A DNA stretch of 64,000 bases, from sequence record OM632671.1. One strand, given 5' to 3'. Position numbers and translations under genes: made by a program. This document shows, one piece after another, positions 8,647-18,167 of the stretch (positions are counted from its first letter, which is position 1; each line of letters starts with the position of its first letter). The stretch is from Escherichia phage BEU50. The notes beneath the pieces are model-generated. The model did not search any database. It saw only the letters and a program-made list of their open reading frames with translations, and had not been told where the DNA came from.

Positions 8647-10332
8647 ATGAAAAAAGCTGTTATTCTTGGTGCTGGACTGGCAACTCGTTTATATCCAATT
8701 ACTCACCATATTCCTAAGGTGCTTGTTAACTATAAACAAGACACTATTCTGAGCAATTTGTATACAATTTATTCTGACCTAGGCGCAGATGAAATTATTG
8801 TAGTAGTTCATTCAAAATTTGCTGAAACTGTTCGAGCTTATTGTGAGCAAGAAGGGTTCAATGTGACTATTCGTACAGTTGATGAAGCGTATGGTTCTGC
8901 TTATGCTCTTGCTAAATTACACAAAGATTTAGACGGCCATAATGTAATTGTTAACTGGTGTGATATTATTCCGGATTTTGGTTCATGGTCTTGGAATGTT
9001 AACGCAATCTATGTTAAGGGTGACGAATGTCGATATAATTTCGACGGTGAAAATATCACTAACGTAGGTTCAACAGGTGGTAATGTTGTAGGAATTTATC
9101 AGTTCAAAGACTGGGAATTCTATATGGGTTCTACTGATGAGGAAATTCATGAATACTGCAAAGGACGTGATTTCGTAGAATTCCTTTACGGCAGCGCATT
9201 CAATAAATCAGAGCTTATGAATCTAATTGATTTAGGTGATATGCCTAAACTTGAAAAAGCTCATGAAGTTCGTGAACTTAATCGTAGTTTTAATGCAGTT
9301 GAAATTGGTGAAGAAACTGTAACTAAATTCGCATTAACCGAACAGGGCCGAGCTCTTCAGAAAGATGAGATTTCGTGGTATTTGAAAGTGAAATCAGATT
9401 CAGTCCCTCAGTTAGTTTCTGTTAATGAAAATAACTTTGAAATGGAACGCATTAAAGGTAAGCCGGCATTTGAATATATTAAATCCAAATCAAGTCTTGC
9501 TCGTCCACAAATTGTTGATGCAATTTTAGATGCACTGAAATTCAGCACAGACACTTATTTTGTAAGTCCTGAAACTGTTCGTCGTGATTTCACTAAAGAA
9601 TTCTATACGAAAGTTATTGATCGTTGTGAAAGCATTCAACCATTGATTGATTCATTTGGTAAAATCACACATGTGAACTACACTAAGATTGGACGTCTGA
9701 AGCCAATGCTGAAACAAGCTTTAGAACACCTTATTCGTTATCATAACCGTTCTCAGGGACAGTACTCTGTTATTCATGGTGACCCGAACTTCAGTAATAC
9801 TATGATTACTGATAACGGCGAAGTCAAATTTATCGACCCTCGTGGATATTTTGGCGAAACCAAGATTTACGGGCCAAAATTGTACGATGAAGCTAAAGTG
9901 CTTTACGCTGTTTCAGGTTATGATGAATTCAATGCTAATCCGACCTGGGGACAGTTTACTATTGATGAAACAACTTGTAATGTGACTATTAACATCAATC
10001 CATTAGTTTACAAATATGGAAAGATGAGTTCGTTTAACGAGTATCATCATTTGGCAGTGGCAATTATCTGGATTGCATTAGGTGGTTATTTCAAGAATAA
10101 TCCACTTAAAGCGGTAGCCGCATATTATAAAGGTATGGAACTTCTGACTAAGCAATTACGTAACATGGGCCGTGTACTTCAGGACGGCTCTATTAGTTAT
10201 GACGTAGCAGAACCTGTAACGGCTACTCTGATTACAAAAAATCCTGGTAAATGGGTACTAACTGATAAAGAAACTGGTGTTTCCTATCGTCCAATCGGTG
10301 GCGATATCACTCATCAATGGGAACGAATTTGA
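8647..10332 (+). CDS. Bifunctional sugar-1-phosphate nucleotidyltransferase (N-terminal) / APH-fold anomeric sugar kinase (C-terminal)
   Basis: N-terminal MKKAVILGAGLATRLYPIT (RmlA/GlmU-type G-x-G-T-R-L motif); C-terminal HGDPNFSNTMITDNGEVKFIDPRGYFG (APH/choline-kinase Brenner motif HGDxxxxN and DxxG). Confidence 0.65.
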   Translation: MKKAVILGAGLATRLYPITHHIPKVLVNYKQDTILSNLYTIYSDLGADEIIVVVHSKFAETVRAYCEQEGFNVTIRTVDEAYGSAYALAKLHKDLDGHNVIVNWCDIIPDFGSWSWNVNAIYVKGDECRYNFDGENITNVGSTGGNVVGIYQFKDWEFYMGSTDEEIHEYCKGRDFVEFLYGSAFNKSELMNLIDLGDMPKLEKAHEVRELNRSFNAVEIGEETVTKFALTEQGRALQKDEISWYLKVKSDSVPQLVSVNENNFEMERIKGKPAFEYIKSKSSLARPQIVDAILDALKFSTDTYFVSPETVRRDFTKEFYTKVIDRCESIQPLIDSFGKITHVNYTKIGRLKPMLKQALEHLIRYHNRSQGQYSVIHGDPNFSNTMITDNGEVKFIDPRGYFGETKIYGPKLYDEAKVLYAVSGYDEFNANPTWGQFTIDETTCNVTININPLVYKYGKMSSFNEYHHLAVAIIWIALGGYFKNNPLKAVAAYYKGMELLTKQLRNMGRVLQDGSISYDVAEPVTATLITKNPGKWVLTDKETGVSYRPIGGDITHQWERI

Positions 10333-11078
10333 TACATTATCTCTACAAAACTACTAATCTTATAAACGGTAAAGTTTATTTAGGAATGCACTCGGCTGAA
10401 GAAGCCGAGCCTTTAGATTTATATAAAGGTTCTGGTAAATTATATAAAAAGGCTGAAAGGAAATACGGTAAGGAAAATTTTCTTAAAGAAATCATTTCCT
10501 ACCATAGCTCAAGAGAAGAATTAAAAATAGCTGAAAAGGCTCTAATAACATTAGACATAGTTAAAGACCCGAATTATTACAATCTTAAAACTGGTGGCGA
10601 AGGTGGTTCTGACGGGTTATCCCAAAGGTCCAAGGATAAAATTTCTAAGGCAAATAAAGGACGTTTAGTTGGTGATAAAAACCCAAGATGGGGTAAAACT
10701 TTGTCAGCTGAATCTATAGCTAGGGGTAAAGAAAAGCACAGGAGGTATGGTAAACCTGCATTACATGGTCTAAAGATTAATGTAGATGGCAAATATTATG
10801 AATCCTGTCGGGAAGCGGCTAAAGATTTGGGTATATCTTCTGCCACGATTCAAAAGAGAGTAAAATCGCCTAAATATCTTAATTATCGATATCAGGACGA
10901 AAGCAAAAATGCTCACAAGTCTCAAAAATTTGTTAAAATAAACGAAAATTACTATGAATCTCTTAGGATAGCTGAAAAGAAAACGGGTATTCCTAGAAAG
11001 CGTATAGCTGATAATATTAAAAATTCTATTGAAGGATATTGCTATGAAACCATTACATCTTTGCGTGGACGTCGATGA
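10317..11078 (+). CDS. GIY-YIG homing endonuclease (seg-like) with NUMOD-type DNA-binding repeats
   Basis: N-terminal YLYKTTNLINGKVYLGMH (GIY-YIG core); repeated KISKANKGR / GK-x-x-S-x-E motifs; overlaps neighbours at both ends as typical of free-standing HEGs. Confidence 0.65.
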   Translation: MGTNLIHYLYKTTNLINGKVYLGMHSAEEAEPLDLYKGSGKLYKKAERKYGKENFLKEIISYHSSREELKIAEKALITLDIVKDPNYYNLKTGGEGGSDGLSQRSKDKISKANKGRLVGDKNPRWGKTLSAESIARGKEKHRRYGKPALHGLKINVDGKYYESCREAAKDLGISSATIQKRVKSPKYLNYRYQDESKNAHKSQKFVKINENYYESLRIAEKKTGIPRKRIADNIKNSIEGYCYETITSLRGRR

Positions 11079-11418
11079 TTGTATAACAGAGTGGAATAAC
11101 AATCGTGATTACGTGAACTTCAAACCAGACGTCGAAATGGTGTCTGCCATTAATGCCCTGTATGAGGCAGGGCATACCATAACGCTTTACACTGCTCGCG
11201 GTATGAAGTCAGTAGGTCCTGGTCGTATAGCAATTGACATTCTCCCAAGTCTGATTCAGAACTTGGCAAACATTGGCTTGAAGTACCATAATTTGCTAAC
11301 ACATAAACCAGTATATGATTGGATTATCGACGACAAAGCTATGCGTCCTGACGAATTCAAAGCTCTTATGAATAAAGGCGAATTCGAAACATTTAAATCA
11401 TATAAACCGAATCTATAA
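11044..11418 (+). CDS. HAD-superfamily phosphatase (small, KdsC/GmhB-like)
   Basis: Motif I LCVDVDDCIT (DxDx[T/V]); about 125 aa; ATG at 11044 preferred over 11029. Confidence 0.55.
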   Translation: MKPLHLCVDVDDCITEWNNNRDYVNFKPDVEMVSAINALYEAGHTITLYTARGMKSVGPGRIAIDILPSLIQNLANIGLKYHNLLTHKPVYDWIIDDKAMRPDEFKALMNKGEFETFKSYKPNL

Positions 11419-11464
11419 TAATTTAAGTAAGACCTGCAAAAACCATCGCATCAATTAACGTGAG

Positions 11465-12637
11465 ATGCAAAAAAAAATGAATACTTTTAAAATCGGAACG
11501 AATTTTGATTTAGCTCTTCTTGATAAAATCGTAGAGCTCAATAAAACTTATCCTAATAGCTTGATAAACGAAGTATACGGCTCTACAAGAGAAATGGCTT
11601 TTGTAGCAGCCAGACCTGATTTTAGGCTTCCTGACGTTGACAAAAAGATGTTAGAAGATTACGTTAAACGTTGTAACGAATTAGGTATTTGCTTTAACTA
11701 TACACTCAACACGATAAATCCTGGTTCAAAAAGAGAACTAGTTGAGTGGAAGAAGAAAGCTATTCAGGATTATGTTCAGTATCTTTGGTCAATAGGCGTA
11801 TGGCGTATTACTATCGCTAACCCTGTTGTTATGGAAATTGTTCGTGAAGTCAATAAAGACATTGAGATTGAAGTTTCAACAATTCTACATGTCGATGCTG
11901 TAACTCAAATCAAATACTTGCATGACCAATATAATATCAAAAAGGTCTGCTGTGGAATTCATAAGAACCGTTCAGTTTCTTTCCTGAAGCGTGCAGCAGA
12001 GTTTTGCAATAAGAACAATATAATATTTGAAGTTCTTGTAAATGAGTTCTGTTCTAATGCTGGTAAAGGGTATACAACACATTGTAGCTATCGTGACTCT
12101 TGCTATATTTTCCATAGTACTGATGTTACAGCTGATGATGCTAAATCCTTAAACGGATATCCAATGCAGCACTGTATTAAAGCTCGTGATACAGACCCAT
12201 TTAACTGGTTGAGAACTCGTTTTGTTCGTCCTCAAGATTTGAAACTTTATAATGATATTGGTATCACTCAATTCAAAGTTTCAGGACGTACAGGTAGCAC
12301 AGACTACATTTTGAAAGTTCTTGAAGCATACGCTTCTGAAAAGTTTGAAGGTAATTTGTTAGAACTGTGGAAGCCTTTAGAGACTATTTTCACTCTTGAA
12401 AACGAAACTGAGTTTTCACATACGGTAAATATTGAAACCTCTTTGTTAGATGGCTTTTTAGAAAAAAGGTGGTTCAGACATCCAGATTTCGATTGTGCTA
12501 ATGAAATCTGCGGGACGACGTGTACATATTGTGAAAGATATTATAAACGTCAGTTATCTAAAAATGGGTTATCAGAAAATTCTATATCTATTATTGATAT
12601 AACTAACTCTGACGACGCTTTGAGGTACCCGGAATGA
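11465..12637 (+). CDS. Cys-rich protein with U32-family-like features (function unknown)
   Basis: EVLVNEFCSNAGKGYTTHCSYRDSC and FKVSGRTGSTDY resemble U32 family signatures (E-x-F...C...C and K-I-E-G-R-x-x-S-x-x-Y); C-terminal CANEICGTTCTYCERYY cysteine cluster; weak, from memory. Confidence 0.3.
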   Translation: MQKKMNTFKIGTNFDLALLDKIVELNKTYPNSLINEVYGSTREMAFVAARPDFRLPDVDKKMLEDYVKRCNELGICFNYTLNTINPGSKRELVEWKKKAIQDYVQYLWSIGVWRITIANPVVMEIVREVNKDIEIEVSTILHVDAVTQIKYLHDQYNIKKVCCGIHKNRSVSFLKRAAEFCNKNNIIFEVLVNEFCSNAGKGYTTHCSYRDSCYIFHSTDVTADDAKSLNGYPMQHCIKARDTDPFNWLRTRFVRPQDLKLYNDIGITQFKVSGRTGSTDYILKVLEAYASEKFEGNLLELWKPLETIFTLENETEFSHTVNIETSLLDGFLEKRWFRHPDFDCANEICGTTCTYCERYYKRQLSKNGLSENSISIIDITNSDDALRYPE

Positions 12638-12873
12638 TTTCTAGAAAAACTTTTAATTATAAACTTAATGAAGAGATTTTGACTATGAAACTGAACACCA
12701 ACGAACAAATTCTTAAAAAGGCCCTTATGGGCCTGTTTGAAACCAAAGCGGCTAAAGTGATTAAAGAACCTATTCAATTGGAATACTATGCTGATGCATT
12801 TCTTCATAGTGTTCTTGGAAGTATCGATGCTGAAGCTTTACGTTATATCAACATTGCCAAGAAATTCAAATAA
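12634..12873 (+). CDS. Hypothetical protein (79 aa)
   Basis: ORF with ATG overlapping upstream stop. Confidence 0.3.
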   Translation: MISRKTFNYKLNEEILTMKLNTNEQILKKALMGLFETKAAKVIKEPIQLEYYADAFLHSVLGSIDAEALRYINIAKKFK

Positions 12874-12896
12874 GCTTTACGAATTGAGTATATAAT
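12874..12896 (+). promoter_or_regulatory. Possible middle promoter for gene 42 (GCTTTA MotA-box-like, 11 nt, TATAAT)
   Basis: aaGCTTTAcgaattgagtaTATAAT 20 nt upstream of the gene 42 ATG. Confidence 0.35.
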
Positions 12897-12915
12897 AAAT
12901 TGTATTGAGGTAAAC

Positions 12916-13632
12916 ATGGGAAAACATAACACAATGAAATATATCAAAGCCGCAGATTTTCAAGCCGCATTTAAAGCAGTCAATCGTGAAATTTTAGAAA
13001 ACCCGGAATTCGTAACTGATTCTCGTATTGGGCGTTGTAATGAAATTGGGTCTATGACAGTAGTTGTTGACACTCCATCATCATTCAAAATGACCGACCC
13101 ACGTATTAACCGCATCTCTTATGAATATGCCGAAGACTTCTGGAAGTTTATGATTTCTGGTGGTACCAACGCAGAAGAAGCGTTTAAGGCATATCCTAAT
13201 GTCGCTAAATTTATTTCTAAACCAAAATCAGATGTTTTGCCGGCGAACTTCAACACTTTCTATGGTCCTCGCATTGCGGCCCAATTACCAGCTCTTCTAA
13301 AAGAACTTAAAGAGAAGCCTAACTCTCGAAGAGTTGTGTTCCAAATTCTAGAAAGTTCTGATCAGGCTTTGCTTGATTCAGACGAAACGCTTGAATATCC
13401 ATGTACTGACTCAGTGACTTATTATATTCGTGATGGTAAGCTTTATACCCACTGTCATATGCGTTCTCAGAACTGTGCTGTTGTTATGCAGTTGGATTTT
13501 TATCTCCAAGGAAAATTACTTCATTATATCGCTAACGAATGTGGTGTAGAAGTTGGTGATTATACTCATACCATGGTAAGTGCCCATGTGTTTGAACGTG
13601 ATTTTGATTATGTTAAAGGATTCCTTGACTAA
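12916..13632 (+). CDS. 42: dCMP hydroxymethylase gp42-like (thymidylate synthase fold)
   Basis: TS-fold motifs (RRVVFQILESSD, EYPCTDSVTYYIRDGKLYTHCHMRSQN, H..VFERD); T4 position between 43 and uvsX. Confidence 0.7.
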   Translation: MGKHNTMKYIKAADFQAAFKAVNREILENPEFVTDSRIGRCNEIGSMTVVVDTPSSFKMTDPRINRISYEYAEDFWKFMISGGTNAEEAFKAYPNVAKFISKPKSDVLPANFNTFYGPRIAAQLPALLKELKEKPNSRRVVFQILESSDQALLDSDETLEYPCTDSVTYYIRDGKLYTHCHMRSQNCAVVMQLDFYLQGKLLHYIANECGVEVGDYTHTMVSAHVFERDFDYVKGFLD

Positions 13633-14531
13633 TGGCTATTTTCCGCGTACCTATTTTGAGTATGCGGTCTTATGAAACTGGACAGTATGCCATCCTTAAG
13701 GATGGCAACTTCCAACTTCATTTGCACCGTGCTAATCCAGGTGATGTGATTACATATCCACGTAATGCATCCGATATTAAAGAATGTGAACGTCTTTTCC
13801 CAGAATTTAAGTTTGTTCCATTATGGTATAAAGATAACGCGTATAACACTCGTAAATATTTCTGGTCTGAAAATGAATTTGTGGTTGATTCATTAATCGC
13901 TTATTATGATTGTGATTTTCTAATCACAGATATCACTGGATACGACGGCGCTTTTGATGTAGAATTCAATTTCAATATCACTGCAGACCCTAATAAACCA
14001 CGTTTTTATATTGACGAATTCTTAAAAACCGACATGTTGTCGGTTAATCGTTCAATCCAAACAACTGTGTTGAATAAACGTCAAAAGGAAGTGCTGGTTA
14101 ACGCAGGTGCAGATGGTAATAAGATTATCATAACCCAGAAAGTTATACGTCCTTCCATCATGCAGCGTCTTGTAGGTGATTTAGCTCCTATTCATCTAGA
14201 TGGTATTTTTCATCCATTTCGAATTAGTGACCCGTGCTATCGGTTTGAACAAGTGGTTGAATGTGCAATTCAATTAGGCCAACCGCTTTATATAACCGAT
14301 CCAAATAATAGCTTCGACAGAAATAAGTATCCTGAAGAAGCGCTGATTCGAATTTTTAAACCAACTAAAACTGAGTACTATCAAATTCTTAAAGGACGTC
14401 CGAAGATTCAATATTTCGAAAATCCTGAAGAAGTATTCCATCCAGGTCTTGGTGAGTTCATCTACTTTAATGCTTTAATTTCTTCACCGTATAATATACC
14501 TAAATACGAAGATGTCGTAATCGAGGAATAA
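13632..14531 (+). CDS. Hypothetical protein (299 aa) at the locus where T4 encodes beta-glucosyltransferase
   Basis: ORF with ATG overlapping gene 42 stop; no confident family assignment; position-based suspicion of a DNA-modification role. Confidence 0.4.
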   Translation: MAIFRVPILSMRSYETGQYAILKDGNFQLHLHRANPGDVITYPRNASDIKECERLFPEFKFVPLWYKDNAYNTRKYFWSENEFVVDSLIAYYDCDFLITDITGYDGAFDVEFNFNITADPNKPRFYIDEFLKTDMLSVNRSIQTTVLNKRQKEVLVNAGADGNKIIITQKVIRPSIMQRLVGDLAPIHLDGIFHPFRISDPCYRFEQVVECAIQLGQPLYITDPNNSFDRNKYPEEALIRIFKPTKTEYYQILKGRPKIQYFENPEEVFHPGLGEFIYFNALISSPYNIPKYEDVVIEE

Positions 14532-14532
14532 A

Positions 14533-15081
14533 ATGGCTAAAATTATTTTAGTAGATGGCCCGGATAATGCTGGTAAAACAACTTTCATTAATGACATAAT
14601 GGAAATTAGTGAAAGATATGTAAAGATTGATTTCCCTAAACGAACAGTTGATGGACGTTTCGATGTTAAGTCTCGAAATGAAGTTGGCTGTTTCGAAACG
14701 ATGTTGAATTATTTAGACCCTACTAAGATTTATCTGTTAGACCGTGGATATATTAGTAACTGGGTTTACGGACGTATTCGACAAGATGCGGACTCTGTTC
14801 TTGACGTTTATGAACAGGATTATGTTCGTCTTTGCCAAAACCATGATGTGTTCACAATTATTTTAACACGTAACGAAATGACTGAAAGTTTTGAAGACGA
14901 CCTTATTACTTTGTCTTCATTCGGTTTTAATACAGTCATTTCACATTTTGAAGAGTTTGCAATTCATAACAAAATCCAAACGTATCAATTACTTAATCAT
15001 GATGGTGCTAACAAAGTTATAGGATTTAATGCAAGCGAACGTAATGTTTTGATTACAGAAATCATCAAATGGGCTCGTTAA
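14533..15081 (+). CDS. P-loop nucleotide/nucleoside kinase-like protein
   Basis: Walker A VDGPDNAGKTTF (thymidylate/dNMP kinase-like), 182 aa. Confidence 0.5.
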   Translation: MAKIILVDGPDNAGKTTFINDIMEISERYVKIDFPKRTVDGRFDVKSRNEVGCFETMLNYLDPTKIYLLDRGYISNWVYGRIRQDADSVLDVYEQDYVRLCQNHDVFTIILTRNEMTESFEDDLITLSSFGFNTVISHFEEFAIHNKIQTYQLLNHDGANKVIGFNASERNVLITEIIKWAR

Positions 15082-15179
15082 GAGCCATTTAAAGTTTTAA
15101 ATGCTGTATAACCCTTAGTATATAATCATCTTATCTTTTAAACATGAGTAAAATATAATGATGCCTATGGAAAAATACA

Positions 15180-16352
15180 ATGTCTGATTTAAAATCTCGT
15201 CTGATTAAAGCTTCTACTTCTAAAATGACTGCAGACTTGACTAAGTCTAAGCTGTTTAATAATCGTGATGAAGTCCCTACTCGTATTCCGATGTTGAATA
15301 TTGCATTAGGTGGTGCACTGAATGCAGGGTTGCAATCAGGCTTAACTATTTTTGCTGCTCCTTCTAAACACTTTAAAACGTTGTTTGGGCTGACTATGGT
15401 TGCAGCGTATATGAAGAAATATAAAGATGCAATCTGTTTGTTTTATGACTCAGAATTCGGTGCTTCAGAATCTTATTTTCGTTCAATGGGTGTTGATTTA
15501 GACCGTGTAGTTCATACTCCGATTCAATCTGTCGAACAACTTAAAGTCGATATGACTAATCAGCTTGACGCTATTGAACGCGGTGATAAAGTTATTATCT
15601 TTATTGACTCGATTGGTAATACTGCATCTAAGAAAGAAACCGAAGATGCATTGAACGAGAAAGTTGTAGGTGATATGTCTCGTGCTAAGGCACTTAAATC
15701 TCTGTTCCGCATTGTGACTCCTTATCTGACTATTAAAGATATTCCATGTGTTGCAATTAACCATACAGCAATGGAAATCGGCGGATTGTATCCTAAAGAG
15801 ATTATGGGCGGTGGTACAGGTATTCTTTATTCTGCCAACACGGTATTTTTTATCTCTAAACGTCAGGTTAAAGAAGGTACAGAATTGACCGGTTATGACT
15901 TCACGTTGAAAGCAGAAAAATCTCGCACAGTTAAAGAGAAATCTACTTTCCCGATCACGGTTAATTTTGATGGCGGTATTGACCCATTCAGTGGCTTGTT
16001 AGAAATGGCAACTGAAATTGGTTTTGTAGTTAAGCCTAAAGCCGGTTGGTATGCTCGCGAATTCCTTGACGAAGAAACAGGTGAAATGATTCGTGAAGAA
16101 AAATCATGGCGTGCTAAAGCTACTGATTGTGTAGAATTCTGGGGACCTTTGTTTAAACACAAACCTTTCCGAGATGCAATTGAAACTAAATATAAACTAG
16201 GTGCTATCTCTTCTATTAAAGAAGTTGATGACGCTGTTAATGACCTTATTAATTGCAAAGCAACAACTAAAGTTCCGGTTAAAACTTCTGATGCTCCGTC
16301 TGCAGCAGATATAGAAAACGACCTTGACGAAATGGAAGATTTCGATGAATAA
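15180..16352 (+). CDS. uvsX: RecA-like recombinase UvsX
   Basis: 390 aa; RecA core (FAAPSKHFKT P-loop, IFIDSIGN); T4 synteny. Confidence 0.9.
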   Translation: MSDLKSRLIKASTSKMTADLTKSKLFNNRDEVPTRIPMLNIALGGALNAGLQSGLTIFAAPSKHFKTLFGLTMVAAYMKKYKDAICLFYDSEFGASESYFRSMGVDLDRVVHTPIQSVEQLKVDMTNQLDAIERGDKVIIFIDSIGNTASKKETEDALNEKVVGDMSRAKALKSLFRIVTPYLTIKDIPCVAINHTAMEIGGLYPKEIMGGGTGILYSANTVFFISKRQVKEGTELTGYDFTLKAEKSRTVKEKSTFPITVNFDGGIDPFSGLLEMATEIGFVVKPKAGWYAREFLDEETGEMIREEKSWRAKATDCVEFWGPLFKHKPFRDAIETKYKLGAISSIKEVDDAVNDLINCKATTKVPVKTSDAPSAADIENDLDEMEDFDE

Positions 16353-16686
16353 TCTCGATGATTTAAATCTAGAAATCGTTGATGAATCCCCTTCTTCGGA
16401 AGGGGAAGACATTCGCAAAGAACGAGTGTTTAATGAATCTCTTAAAATTATCCGTTCAGCAATGGAAAATGTCATTCAAGAGATTCTGATTACACTTGAA
16501 GACGGTTCCCATCATATAGTCTATATTACAAAACTAGACTGGGTTGATGGTAAAATCGTAATGGACTTTGCAGTTCTTGACCAGGACAGAAAAGCAGAAC
16601 TTGCACCACATGTTGAAAAATGTGTTACAATGCAAGTACAACAAGCTTTTAATGAACGAACCAAGAAAAAATTTAAATTCTTTTAA
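16345..16686 (+). CDS. 40: gp40-like head vertex assembly protein
   Basis: ATG at 16345 overlaps uvsX stop; about 113 aa; T4 position between uvsX and 41. Confidence 0.4.
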   Translation: MNNLDDLNLEIVDESPSSEGEDIRKERVFNESLKIIRSAMENVIQEILITLEDGSHHIVYITKLDWVDGKIVMDFAVLDQDRKAELAPHVEKCVTMQVQQAFNERTKKKFKFF

Positions 16687-16695
16687 GGAGTTATC

Positions 16696-18138
16696 GTGGT
16701 AGAAATTATTTTGTCTCATCTAGTATACGACCAGGCTTATTTTTCTAAGGTCTGGCCTTATATGGATTCTGAGTATTTTGAGCGTGGACCGGCAAAAAAC
16801 GTCTTTAAAATTATAAAGAGCCACGTTAACGAATATAATGCAATGCCATCTATCAATGCATTAAAGGTGGCTTTAGATAACAGTTCTTTAACTGAAGCCG
16901 AATATAAAGGAACTTCAGACCTAATTGAAAAATTGGCTGATACTCCTGAAGACCACGAATGGTTGGTTAAAGAAACTGAGAAATATGTCCAGCAAAAAGC
17001 GATGTATAATGCTACATCCAAAATCATTGAGATTCAGTCTAATGCTGAACTACCTCCAGAACAACGTAACAAGAAAATGCCTGATGTAGGAGCTATTCCT
17101 GATATTATGCGTCAAGCACTTTCAATTTCGTTTGATAGTTATGTTGGACATGACTGGATGGAAGACTACGAAGCACGCTGGCTTTCTTATCTAAATAAAG
17201 CACGTAAGGTCCCGTTCAAATTAAACATTCTGAATAAAATCACTAAAGGTGGTGCTGAAACAGGTACACTAAACGTTTTAATGGCTGGTGTTAACGTTGG
17301 TAAATCTTTAGGCCTTTGTTCACTTGCTGCAGATTATCTTCAAACAGGTCATAATGTTCTTTATATTTCCATGGAAATGGCTGAAGAAGTTTGCGCTAAG
17401 CGTATAGATGCAAACATGCTTGACGTATCACTTGATGATATCGATGATGGTAACGTATCTTATGCTGAATATAAAGCCAAGATGGAAAAATGGCGTTCAA
17501 AATCCACATTAGGACGTTTAGTAGTTAAACAGTATCCTACTGGTGGAGCTAATGCTAATACATTTCGTGCATTGCTTAATGAGTTAAAACTTAAGAAGAA
17601 CTTTGTGCCATCTGTAATCATGGTTGATTACTTAGGTATTTGTGGGTCTTGTCGTATCAGAGTTTACACTGAAAATAGCTACACATTAGTTAAAGCTATC
17701 GCAGAAGAACTTCGTGCATTAGCAGTAGAATCTGAAACAGTTCTATGGACTGCAGCTCAAGTAGGACGTGCAGCATGGGATGCTTCGGATATGAACATGA
17801 GTGATATTGCAGAATCAGCAGGTTTACCAGCAACGGCAGATTTCATGTTGGCCGTAATTGAAACCGAAGAACTTGCACAAGCTGAACAACAACTTATCAA
17901 ACAAATCAAATCACGATATGGTGATAAGAATAAGTGGAATAAATTCCTGATGGGTGTACGTAAAGGCAACCAGAAATGGATTGAGATTGAGCAAGAAGGC
18001 ATGAACACACCTAACACAGTAAATGAAAACGCAGGTGCTCAGATGCGTCAGGCAGAGGTGAATCGTACGGAACGCGTAGGTAAAGCCAAAGCAACACGGG
18101 CTGACCTAGATAGCTTAGCCAATGAGTTAAAATTTTAA
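16696..18138 (+). CDS. 41: Replicative DnaB-like helicase gp41 (GTG start)
   Basis: Walker A GVNVGKS, DnaB-family core; RBS AAGGAG 6 nt upstream of GTG. Confidence 0.9.
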   Translation: MVEIILSHLVYDQAYFSKVWPYMDSEYFERGPAKNVFKIIKSHVNEYNAMPSINALKVALDNSSLTEAEYKGTSDLIEKLADTPEDHEWLVKETEKYVQQKAMYNATSKIIEIQSNAELPPEQRNKKMPDVGAIPDIMRQALSISFDSYVGHDWMEDYEARWLSYLNKARKVPFKLNILNKITKGGAETGTLNVLMAGVNVGKSLGLCSLAADYLQTGHNVLYISMEMAEEVCAKRIDANMLDVSLDDIDDGNVSYAEYKAKMEKWRSKSTLGRLVVKQYPTGGANANTFRALLNELKLKKNFVPSVIMVDYLGICGSCRIRVYTENSYTLVKAIAEELRALAVESETVLWTAAQVGRAAWDASDMNMSDIAESAGLPATADFMLAVIETEELAQAEQQLIKQIKSRYGDKNKWNKFLMGVRKGNQKWIEIEQEGMNTPNTVNENAGAQMRQAEVNRTERVGKAKATRADLDSLANELKF

Positions 18139-18144
18139 TAAAAA

Positions 18145-18163
18145 GGAGACTTCGGTCTCCTTT
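18145..18163 (+). terminator. Stem-loop GGAGAC-UUCG-GUCUCC followed by UUU after gene 41
   Basis: 6-bp GC-rich stem, UUCG tetraloop, short U run. Confidence 0.5.
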
Positions 18164-18167
18164 CGGG

